64,000 nucleotides of DNA from Minisyncoccota bacterium. Lineage in GTDB: Bacteria; Patescibacteriota; Minisyncoccia; UBA6257; GWB1-50-10. The notes below the pieces were generated by a model. It ran no database searches, had not been told where the DNA came from, and worked only from the letters and a program-made list of their open reading frames with translations. Positions 9,561-19,100 of this stretch are shown piece after piece. The position numbers and the translations under genes are program-made. Within the stretch, counting starts at the first letter, position 1. Each line of letters opens with the position of its first letter. The stretch spans positions 16,366 through 80,365 of the forward strand of contig JBAZZD010000001.1 in NCBI GenBank assembly GCA_041659005.1, written 5' to 3'.

Positions 9561-9730
9561 ATTAATAAAAGTTCTGGTGTCACATCCACCCTCTAGATGG
9601 TATGGAGTTTCTGGACTGTCCTATCTCCGTCAAAAGTCATTATTTTCGCTAACAAAATTTTGACAGGGATGAGTCGGTTTCACCAAATTTATCTGCTCTG
9701 CCAGTGGGACGCCGTTGGAAATAATTTAGT

Positions 9731-9758
9731 GGAATAAAAATCCCCATAGTATGGGGAT
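9731..9758 (-). terminator. Rho-independent terminator candidate downstream of 9803..10318
   Basis: Hairpin TCCCCAT/ATGGGGA followed on the minus strand by a T-run. Confidence 0.45.
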
Positions 9759-9802
9759 GTCTCAAGTTTTGCTTAACTTTTGAAAAATTAAGCAAATTCC
9801 GA

Positions 9803-10318
9803 TTACATTTTTCTGCTGTCATATGCCCAATGTAAAACAGCCTGTCTTTGAGTGGGACGGCAGGTCAAATCTTTCGTTCGGCAATTCTTTCTTATCTGTG
9901 ATATATGTCGACGGATTGCTTTCCATCGCTTGATCTGTAGTTCATCTTCAATGGGAAGTCTTCTACCCATATAGTATCGGCAATACCACTGAAACCAACC
10001 TCTTGGATCATCCTTGTAAATCCAACCTTTTTTTCTCCAAACGGACAAGGGCTGACTGGCGTTCACTTTAAAAAAATTCAGCGTGTCATCATGATGTTCC
10101 GGCGAAAGTTTGGCGCGCGTAAACCAGTCTTTGGGAAACTCTTTCTTGCAATCGGTCATATATTTGCCGCCAAAAACGCCGAGCATGAGCATCTGTTTTG
10201 GCGTAAGCTCCGGTTTGAAATCCGGATGAAAATTTCGTCCCACCGGTTCGGTAAGTTGGTATTTGTAGCCCCTCTGGAATTTATCGTTTACTTTGACGGT
10301 CTTTTTCATAGATTTCAT
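9803..10318 (-). CDS. Hypothetical protein
   Basis: 171-aa ORF with Trp/Arg-rich segments (GWFQWYCRYYMGRR). No family recognised. Confidence 0.4.
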   Translation of the reverse strand: MKSMKKTVKVNDKFQRGYKYQLTEPVGRNFHPDFKPELTPKQMLMLGVFGGKYMTDCKKEFPKDWFTRAKLSPEHHDDTLNFFKVNASQPLSVWRKKGWIYKDDPRGWFQWYCRYYMGRRLPIEDELQIKRWKAIRRHISQIRKNCRTKDLTCRPTQRQAVLHWAYDSRKM

Positions 10319-10423
10319 TATTGACGATTATACCACTCTTTATATAATTTTATGGTATAATATTATTATATGTGTTGGAGGTCGAAACGCATACTGAGTA
10401 AAATTAAAAACTAACAAAACATT

Positions 10424-10630
10424 ATGAACAAACTCAATGCTTTCGACTGGCTTGCTGTGGTACTAGTTATCGTCGGTGGCCTAAACTGGGGATTAGTCGG
10501 TATTTTCAACTTTGATCTCGTGACCACCATCTTCGGTGATATGTCCGCGCTCTCAAGAGTCGTGTACGCGCTCGTCGGACTTGCTGCCGTCTATCTCGCC
10601 GCTATATCCATGAAGCTTGCTAAGCAGTAA
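10424..10630 (+). CDS. DUF378-family small membrane protein
   Basis: 68 aa, two TM helices, conserved GGLNWGLVG motif. Confidence 0.6.
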   Translation: MNKLNAFDWLAVVLVIVGGLNWGLVGIFNFDLVTTIFGDMSALSRVVYALVGLAAVYLAAISMKLAKQ

Positions 10631-10661
10631 GCTTTTTCTATTTAAATAAAAATCAAACAAG

Positions 10662-10691
10662 AAACCGTCTCTTTAACGAGCGGTTTTTTGT
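10662..10691. terminator. Bidirectional rho-independent terminator between convergent genes
   Basis: AACCGTCTC..GAGCGGTT hairpin followed by TTTTTTG. Confidence 0.5.
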
Positions 10692-10693
10692 TG

Positions 10694-11368
10694 TCATTCA
10701 ATCTCAATCATTACTTCGTTTCTATTGAGCCACGGGGCGGTAAATGGCGCATTGTATCCAGCATATTCAGGTAATCCTTTCGGCATAATAGAATCTCGTT
10801 CTAAAAATTTGAGTAGTTCTTGTTTTTTATCTGCGACACGATCAGCATTTCTAAACCACGAAAACCTCAACGCTGCCACTTTTCGTGCCTCTTGGGGAAC
10901 AATCTTCACTTCGGGATTATTTGGTTTTGGCAGTGTCTCAAGTGAATATTCAAACGGCATAACAAATGAGATAATCCTTTTTGTATTATTTCCGGTTTCA
11001 ACTACCGGCGCAGTCATGGTCAAGACCTCACTCTCTTTTTCCATGACCGGAGTGGTCATTGCTATCTTTTCGGACTCTGCCTCTGTTACTGGAGCGGTCA
11101 TGGCAATGCCGGTTTGTTTCGTGTTATTGCCGAAAATATAATCAGCGAGAACACGGAAGCCTTGATTGAGCGCTTCATTATAAGTACCGGATACTTCAAC
11201 TTTAGCGGTAAGATATGGTTTATACAAACGTATTTCGTACCCCTCACTCTTCTCTACGACAGTATATTCAGGTGTTTTTACTGAGCGATTTAAAAAATAA
11301 CTAACCGCCGTCCACACGAGAAGTATGGCGACGATAACCAAAAGTATTATGTATATGATTTTTTTCAT
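10694..11368 (-). CDS. SOUL heme-binding family protein with N-terminal TM anchor
   Basis: YEIRLYKP..A..GF..L..YIFGNN pattern and repeated IAMTAPV segments typical of SOUL/HBP proteins. Confidence 0.55.
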   Translation of the reverse strand: MKKIIYIILLVIVAILLVWTAVSYFLNRSVKTPEYTVVEKSEGYEIRLYKPYLTAKVEVSGTYNEALNQGFRVLADYIFGNNTKQTGIAMTAPVTEAESEKIAMTTPVMEKESEVLTMTAPVVETGNNTKRIISFVMPFEYSLETLPKPNNPEVKIVPQEARKVAALRFSWFRNADRVADKKQELLKFLERDSIMPKGLPEYAGYNAPFTAPWLNRNEVMIEIE

Positions 11369-11547
11369 TTGTATAGGAGCTAACAGATTGATTATAACAA
11401 ATAATTATAATAATGATTAAAATTCTCCGCTCCGATGGATAGCGGATGTTAGAACTATAATTGAGAAACAAGAAGGATATATTCATATTCCTGACTTTAA
11501 AATGTATGCTGATTTATAGTTCACCTCACCACTCCACTCACTGTATT

Positions 11548-13050
11548 TTATTGCTTTGTTGTAACTTTTACTTCTGGATAATTAGATAATATCTCACTAG
11601 GAAAAGAAGCGTCGCTATTATTAAGATACTTATCAAAAAAAGATAAGATATAATCGTTAGTTATCCGTTTCATTGTATTGGCATCTATTTTACCAGTCAT
11701 GCCAATAAATTTAGTGCCTGGCATTATTATCTGATTATCATCAAAATTCATATGCTTACTACCTGAAATTGTAACCAAATAAAGCTTATTTTTGAATTGA
11801 TTAATAATAAAATCATTTACTCCAGAAAACGGTTCACTATACATTGTTATAAAAGGTTGCTGAATTTCACCACTAATCACACCGCCCCACTGAAATCCAT
11901 CCATATTAACACCAGCTTTGAAACGATTATCAATTAAACAAACCTGACCAGCCACTGCCCCCCCCATTGAATGGCCCAAAATTCCTAGACGAGATAAATC
12001 AAGTTTATTATAAAAAATATTGTCTTGTTGTAAATTAATTTTTTCTATTTCATTAATCATAAATTGAATATCATCTGTTCGCACATGCAAAACGGTATTC
12101 ATAAATACATCGCTATTCAATATTTGTTTGGCAATTTCTTTTTTTTCATTTACATCAATACTTGTCCAAAATTTTTGCCAAAGCGGCGTAGTAGTCCTTT
12201 GACCTTGTTGATAACTTTCAAGATGTTCTTTGCTAAATGGTATTATTTTACCATCGGAAGAAACTATAGATTGAGATTCATAGGGCTGATTTAAAGCAAA
12301 TACAATATAACCATGACTAGCTAACTCCTCCATCAATATCTGATAATCATCATAATTTGATAAAAAACCATTTGAAAATACAAGTACTGGATATACTGAC
12401 TGTTGATTTGAAACTGGTATATCTAAGTATGAATTAGTTTTTATCAAATTATAATGTCCAAAAATAAAGTTAGGTGTTCCTCCAGATTCAATTGAACCAA
12501 TCAGCGAGGTATCTTTTCTATAAATCATTGAATTTCCTACGGTCAAATCAGCTGGATACCATATTCTAGATATAAATTCACGATGATCAGTTGAATCTTC
12601 GGTAAATACTTCGGGGCGATTTATATCAGAAAAAGACATAAATGTCGTTCCTACTGCATAGTTACCACTTGGCTTTGGTAAGTTCACCACGGGAAATAAA
12701 TACAAAACAAAACCTGAAATTATTAAATATAATAAACCAAAAATAATAAGAATATATCTTAATATTTTAAATTTTCGTGACCCTATTTTGTTTATATGAT
12801 CTTCTTTTAATATTTCAATTTTTCTTCGTTTGATTCTAATTATACTTATTATACTAATAATGAATAAAATACTAGTTAAAATATATATTGGAATCATTTG
12901 CCACTGATATTTTACAAAAATTAGATGAATTACTATCAAGAATACCGTTAAGCCAGATAAAAAATTCATCCAATGTGATCTTCTTATTCCTGAAAATAAA
13001 AATCCAATTAAGGCTAGAAACAATAATGTGAAAATTGAAATTTTAAACAT
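11548..13050 (-). CDS. Membrane-anchored alpha/beta-hydrolase (lipase/esterase-like)
   Basis: Multi-TM N-terminus. GHSMGG nucleophile elbow (GxSxG). Confidence 0.6.
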   Translation of the reverse strand: MFKISIFTLLFLALIGFLFSGIRRSHWMNFLSGLTVFLIVIHLIFVKYQWQMIPIYILTSILFIISIISIIRIKRRKIEILKEDHINKIGSRKFKILRYILIIFGLLYLIISGFVLYLFPVVNLPKPSGNYAVGTTFMSFSDINRPEVFTEDSTDHREFISRIWYPADLTVGNSMIYRKDTSLIGSIESGGTPNFIFGHYNLIKTNSYLDIPVSNQQSVYPVLVFSNGFLSNYDDYQILMEELASHGYIVFALNQPYESQSIVSSDGKIIPFSKEHLESYQQGQRTTTPLWQKFWTSIDVNEKKEIAKQILNSDVFMNTVLHVRTDDIQFMINEIEKINLQQDNIFYNKLDLSRLGILGHSMGGAVAGQVCLIDNRFKAGVNMDGFQWGGVISGEIQQPFITMYSEPFSGVNDFIINQFKNKLYLVTISGSKHMNFDDNQIIMPGTKFIGMTGKIDANTMKRITNDYILSFFDKYLNNSDASFPSEILSNYPEVKVTTKQ

Positions 13051-13257
13051 AAATTAAATGTATTGTTTTATTATTGATAATACCACCACTTGAACAAATA
13101 AAAAACACTGATTATATCAATGTTTTTTTAAATGGCTCCGAGCTGTGCAGGAACTTAGAACCGTTATTTTAAGCGGTTGGCACTCCTACGAAATGGACGC
13201 GGCCGTTAAAATGCTCCGGGGAGAGGAACCGTTCGACTTGATTGATTAAAAAGTCAG

Positions 13258-14367
13258 TTACTTATTTTTTAAACCTTCTAAGTACTCATCCACCGCTTTG
13301 ATAAATATCTTAGGTTTTGCCAAATGAACATCATGTATGGCGTTTACTTTTACCACTTTAATATCTTTGATAATCGAACGGATTTTCTCAACATTGTTAT
13401 TATCCAACGCACCGATCAACCCCCAAGTTTTATGTCTCGACCAATATGCATGTATCAATAAAACAGGACATTTAATTTTTTTCAGTGTTTCTTCCGGATC
13501 AAAACCTTCGGTTAGTCTTCCGTCAATTGTCGCTTTTGAAAAATCGACATCATACTCACTTATAAATTTTAATCCTGCCCTTTGGTCAAACCTGGCATTA
13601 AGCAAATCATATTTTCTGGATGGACGAATTTTTTTATTAAATTCAAGGCTCATTGCTCTATAACTTGCTATAAAAGAAGGCATAAACAAAAGCTTTTCTT
13701 TACCTTCTATTGGAATCCCTTGTTTAGCGAAAAAGCCTTTTATGTCTCTTTTTGGTTTTCCAAGTGTTTCTATCGCGGTTTCAAAAAGGCGATACATGAA
13801 TTTTTCTTCTTTGATTCTTGGATACATTGAAGAAAAAAGAGGAGGGTCTTCGCTAATTGCTACAGAAACATTTTCGGGAGCATTGGCTGCCAGCCAAAGC
13901 GAAAGGATGCCTCCCGAAGAAAGTCCGGATACAATCGCGGGGTTTTTGATAACATTTTTCAAAAATTCTTTAAGGTCTTCCCCGATGATGTTATATGAAT
14001 ATTTTCCAGGAGTGTGCGTTGATTTTCCATGGCCCCTAATATCAACAACAAAAACGTGATAATTTTTTGAAAAATGAGGCATCACAAGTTCATATCCCTG
14101 CCAGAACTCCATTTGACCCGGAATAAATAACAACGAAGGACCATTACTTGGACCCTCAACATAATTTAAAGTTACTTTACCGGTATTAAATTTCTTTTCA
14201 GTAAATCCTTTGGGGATAGTTTCAACAGAAAGTCTAAACGGATTAAAAGTCTTTACAAGTAAAAAAACTATTACTCCCAGAAATATCCAGAATCCAGGCA
14301 CATGATAAACTACCATGGCTAAAATCGCCAATATCCCTAAAGCACCGTAAATGATCGCCCTGCTCAT
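13258..14367 (-). CDS. Alpha/beta-hydrolase fold protein with N-terminal TM
   Basis: VVDIRGHGKS and GLSSGG (GxSxG) motifs. Confidence 0.65.
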   Translation of the reverse strand: MSRAIIYGALGILAILAMVVYHVPGFWIFLGVIVFLLVKTFNPFRLSVETIPKGFTEKKFNTGKVTLNYVEGPSNGPSLLFIPGQMEFWQGYELVMPHFSKNYHVFVVDIRGHGKSTHTPGKYSYNIIGEDLKEFLKNVIKNPAIVSGLSSGGILSLWLAANAPENVSVAISEDPPLFSSMYPRIKEEKFMYRLFETAIETLGKPKRDIKGFFAKQGIPIEGKEKLLFMPSFIASYRAMSLEFNKKIRPSRKYDLLNARFDQRAGLKFISEYDVDFSKATIDGRLTEGFDPEETLKKIKCPVLLIHAYWSRHKTWGLIGALDNNNVEKIRSIIKDIKVVKVNAIHDVHLAKPKIFIKAVDEYLEGLKNK

Positions 14368-14417
14368 TTGTGTATTTTTATTATACCAGTATTCAATATG
14401 TAAAATATTTCCATAAA

Positions 14418-14702
14418 CTATTTCTTTTCTTTAGGCGGTCCCCACTGCCAGCGTGGTTTTTCTCCTTTCCAATATCCGAAAATGAATATAAGCGCAATCA
14501 TGAGCAGAAAGCCCAAGAGTGCCGCACCTGGTGCGTCATCGGTATCTCCAACATAAATACCGGCAATAACAATAGCTATTCCGATGATCACAATAAGCCA
14601 GCCTTGCCATTTCACCGGCACCCAGCCCCAGCCGTAGAGCTTGGCCTTGAACCAGTAACCCTGCGGATTGTCTTTTAAATATTTTATGTATTGTTTAAAC
14701 AT
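14418..14702 (-). CDS. Small 2-TM membrane protein, last gene of the defense-like operon
   Basis: 94 aa. Two hydrophobic helices. W-rich (WGWVPVKWQGW). 18-nt gap to the upstream gene. Confidence 0.4.
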   Translation of the reverse strand: MFKQYIKYLKDNPQGYWFKAKLYGWGWVPVKWQGWLIVIIGIAIVIAGIYVGDTDDAPGAALLGFLLMIALIFIFGYWKGEKPRWQWGPPKEKK

Positions 14703-14720
14703 ATATATTATCTGTTGTTT

Positions 14721-15284
14721 TTAATGCGATAGAAACTTTCCTAATAATCGCTCTTTAACCTGATAAAGCTCTTCTTTAGTAAACACATCCTGATAATCCC
14801 AAAGACGTCCATTTGAACTAAAAGCGTTCAAATAGTGCTCACAGTAAATTTTTGGATTAATAAAGATCGTGTCATCGCGTTTTTCCCAGCCTAGAGCGGA
14901 GGTGTAATCATAGCCAATATCGTAACCGCCGATACCAAGCCATTGATGAGCGAGTATATTACGCCAATTATGGATTGATTCGGCCACCTGAGAAAACCTC
15001 GTGTCAGATGTATCACCGTCAACAAATTTCTCCAAAAATAATTTATATCCCTCAGGACCGCTTTTGTTGAAAAAACCTTCGGAGATCGTAAGTGCGACCG
15101 CGTGAATACCAAGAAACATAAGTGATGTTTGATAGTGATCATCCTCGGTTGTTAAACGAATTTCGTTGTTAAAGAAATTAGCAATAGAATTCAAAAGTGT
15201 TTCTATAATTTCTACAGGAGAACCATTTTGAAAACGTTTGATTCTTTTCTCCAGTGGCTCCAAATTGTGTGCTCGATTTTCCAT
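14721..15284 (-). CDS. Hypothetical protein with HEPN-like Rx4H motif
   Basis: WRNILAHQW matches the R-x4-H-x-aromatic HEPN signature. Co-operonic with the STAND-like gene. Confidence 0.4.
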   Translation of the reverse strand: MENRAHNLEPLEKRIKRFQNGSPVEIIETLLNSIANFFNNEIRLTTEDDHYQTSLMFLGIHAVALTISEGFFNKSGPEGYKLFLEKFVDGDTSDTRFSQVAESIHNWRNILAHQWLGIGGYDIGYDYTSALGWEKRDDTIFINPKIYCEHYLNAFSSNGRLWDYQDVFTKEELYQVKERLLGKFLSH

Positions 15285-15296
15285 CGTTGTTAATAA

Positions 15297-16166
15297 TTAA
15301 GGGTTACAAAATCTTATATAAACTCTTCGTAATTTATTACATAATTCGGGAATATTTTTTTTATCGACGTCTTCTGATTTAGGTATTTTATAATCACGAT
15401 GCACCATTTTATTTACCTCGTTTTTAAATACCCTGACTAAACTACACAAATCCTCAACCAAATCTTTGAAATCATAAAAGGCAGATGAATTTGCCTTTAA
15501 ATTATCAATTAATTTATCAAGATTTAAAATTCTTCCGTTAGTTGTGTCATACCATAATTGGTGATTTTGCTGTATATATTTTCCATTTTCATCCCGTTCC
15601 CTGAAAACTATTTCAAAAACTCTATGAATTATGCATTCTATTAATTTTCTGGTTAGAATCATCACGGCTAAATAAAGTCCTTCTCTATAGCTCTCATTTA
15701 TTTCTTTTTTTATGTAATCTAAAAATGGATCATTAAAATCATACTGTAAAAAATCTAAACTATTTTGAACCCCACTTATTTCTTCTTCTAATAATTCTAT
15801 TTTGTTTTGCGAAATATCTAGTTTGAAATTGGATTTTTTTACTTCGTCTAATAATTCTGGATACCATTTTTTAATATAGGTTCCGTAATAATTCCAGTTA
15901 TCTCTTTGTGTATTTTTTATTTTTTCATCAAAAATTACTTTCTCTAAAATGGCTAAATATCTATATGAAGGAACTCTTTGCATAAACTGAGCAAAATTAT
16001 TTTGCTCAGTACTCATGAATGAATAGGCCTCAAAGTTACTATAAAAATTATCGGGTAAATTAATCCCGTTAGCTTTTAAAAAATCAACAAATCCACCATT
16101 TTCATAACAGTGTATGTATAGCTTTTCAGATAATTCCCATATTCTGTTATTAATTATTAAAGCCAT
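15297..16166 (-). CDS. Hypothetical protein (operon partner of the Mrr-NTPase gene)
   Basis: 289-aa ORF, 3-nt gap to the upstream gene. No family recognised. Confidence 0.45.
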   Translation of the reverse strand: MALIINNRIWELSEKLYIHCYENGGFVDFLKANGINLPDNFYSNFEAYSFMSTEQNNFAQFMQRVPSYRYLAILEKVIFDEKIKNTQRDNWNYYGTYIKKWYPELLDEVKKSNFKLDISQNKIELLEEEISGVQNSLDFLQYDFNDPFLDYIKKEINESYREGLYLAVMILTRKLIECIIHRVFEIVFRERDENGKYIQQNHQLWYDTTNGRILNLDKLIDNLKANSSAFYDFKDLVEDLCSLVRVFKNEVNKMVHRDYKIPKSEDVDKKNIPELCNKLRRVYIRFCNP

Positions 16167-16169
16167 ATT

Positions 16170-19100
16170 TTACGATTTTGGCGATATAAGTTCCTCACCT
16201 TCATCTAGGTGTCTTTTTATATCGTCAGCGATTGATCCAGTTAAAGAATCTACATAGTTTTTTATAACTCCTGGCTGGCACTTGGCGCTTATTTTTTCTA
16301 ATGCTTCTTTTTTATTTACTAATGCAGGTGGAGCTTGCCCTACTGTGGAACTATAACTACCACTTATCACCTGATGAGTAAAAACGTCTTTTGCTTCATC
16401 TAACACCCCTGCTTTTTCGGCCGCCATCAAAAAATTCAAAAACAAATCAATTGTATCTGCACCAAAAGAGATGCCAAAAAAAGCATTAGTAGCTATTTTC
16501 AAACTTTCTGCGTCTCCAGTCTTTATTTTGTCACCAATATAGTGCAATAAATAGTCGCCGTGTTCACTATCATGACCACCAATGCTTTTACCCAAAAATC
16601 CATCAATATCGAAAGAGAATAAAAGTTCCTCATTTCGCCAAAAATTAATTTTATCCATCAATTTTGCAAAATCATCATAGTTCTTAATTAGCTCCGTAGC
16701 CGAACGAAAACCGTCAAAGGGAATTGCATCAAATTTTTCAGCGCCTCTATTTTTAAAATATTCGCTCTGTTTTTTGAGACGATATTCAACCAATTCAATA
16801 AACTGATCCAAATCACCATTAAGTGCAAATTTTAATAGATCGTCTGTGTGATAATCTACCGAAGGGATATCTTTTATTATTTCAAATAATTTTTTACGAA
16901 TTTTATCTAAATCACCGCTTGGTAAATTCCAATTTACGGCATTGTGAACTAGAAAATCGAACATATCTAATACGTTGCTGTTGACTACACCACTTAAAGA
17001 CTGCTCAAGAATATTCACAACCTGGTTTTTTTCTGTTTGATCCCTGTCCTTAAAAATAAAATAAGAACGATGAAGAATAAGATTCTTAAGATAATCATCT
17101 GCTTTCTCAATAATCTGAGATATCCACGGCATAAATTCTGCCGTAGAAACATTATGTCGTATTATAAGGTCTAAAAGATTGTCTACAGCTTGGCGTTGAA
17201 GATTATTTAAATCTCCTAAGATTCGGCTAGCATATTTCATTATGTATTGTTTATCCCTATCGGAGGCAACTCTATAAATTCCGAGATGGAATCTATTAGG
17301 AACACTACTCAACAAATTTTCATCATCTACGATCTCAATAAATGATTGGTTATTGAATTTAGACCAAGTCTCAACTAAAGGAATAGTCTGCCATTGAGTA
17401 ATTCCCTTCACTTCATTCTCAAGTTCATATAAGTATTTAATAATCTCGGCTCTGCTTTTATATTTATTAGATAGCCTTTTTACTACCTCATCCAACTCTT
17501 CCTGTGGAAAATCATGAAGTCGAAAGTGATTATGAACAAGCCAAGACCATCTATCGCTCTCGGGGGCTCCAGACTCTATTTTTTTAAAATCGGAAATAAT
17601 CAAATCATGAGCCACAAAATATCGAAAAATAATGTATTCCATTGATCTCGGAAAATTTCTAAGTATGCCAGCAATTTTATCGCTCAAATCTAAATAAATA
17701 TTATTATTAGCCCAATATCTAACAAGAACGTCTTCGATAGAACTAAGCACCTCATGAGAACTTGTTTCGCTAATTAATTTCTCTAACCATTCAATAGCTT
17801 TTGTTTTATCGGATAGAATCCTCTTCCAAAAATCATCGCTTGTGGAGGTTGCCTCGTGACCGATGTCATCAACAATTTCCACGCCTATTTTTTTAATCTT
17901 GTCATTGGAGTGAAGAACCAACTTTTTCAGGACATCCATTCCTACATCTCTAAACTCATCCACTGGTTTTTTGTATATACCTTCATAACGCAGAATTCTT
18001 CTACCAAAAGTTATTTGGTTACCGTAACTTTCCCTATGTTCATGCGATCCAGAAAGGGATTCCAAGACACCATCGCTAGCAAGCCTTGCTTCGAGTTCGG
18101 TACAATTTCCTTTGCTAACCCAATCCAATAATTCCTTTAGTGATTGAGTAGCTGAAGCTATATTTACTTCAATGGGTGATATCGCTTGTTTTATAAGACT
18201 AGCGGGCTTGTAATTATCGTAAGTACCCTTAAGGTCTTTCTGGGCAAGATAAAGAATCAATTTTAATATTGCTTTTTCAAATCCAGGTACATGCAAAACA
18301 TGGTAAATGACTGGCCCATAAGTATCCCGATTTAGTCCATATGAATTCTGTGTATTCGATGAATTTACATAGGCATAAACCAAACTGATTGCCTCTTCAG
18401 GGGCTAAAAAAGCAATAGAAGCAGCGAGTTCTAATATTTTAGATTTAGATGAATCGGATGTCTCAGATGTTTCATTAATCCATTTTTGGAAAAGCTCCTT
18501 CACGGCTTCGTTCGCCGAATTCGTATCCTTATGTCTAGATGCAGCTGCCAAATTTGCTGTGAGTTGTTTAGGGTAGATAGATAACCAATTCTCAAACATT
18601 TCGTTCGCTAAATCTTTTCCATTTTCTTTATCTAATTCTACAGAAAGATAGATATCTCCTTTCATGTCAGGATTAAATCTTATCGAGGCGCCAACAACAC
18701 GAAGAATTTTTGCCTCAATAAGTTTATTCAGAGCTTCGTTTATTAAATCTACTTTTAATTCCAAAACAGTTGCCAACTTATCAAGCACATTATTTCCACG
18801 TTTTTCTTTTGAAAATGGGACAATAATAGATAGCTCTCTTAAAAAAGCCTTTGAGTTGCGTTCATCTAATACACCCTTAAGTGCGTTTACGGTTTCTTGG
18901 TCTAAATTATCTTTAATCTGCTTTTTAACTTGACTCGGGTTTAAGTCGCCACCCTTAATAAGTTTTCCTGTCGTGATTATTAAAAACAAATTTCCATTTA
19001 GTTCTTTTACGATTCTTTCTGGATGATTAATCTTTTTTGAATCAGCTGCTAGATTTAAAATTTCTATAAGTTCCTTCTCGGAAAGATGAGGTAACTCAAG

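Noticed and set aside
11420-11450. Hairpin TCCGCT..AGCGGA downstream of the membrane hydrolase gene as a terminator
   Set aside because: Six-bp stem with only a weak T-tract. Too marginal to call.
13130-13245. SRP (4.5S) RNA in the GC-rich intergenic island
   Set aside because: The conserved domain IV motifs (AGGAAG..AGCAGC / GGUGCUG) are absent on both strands.
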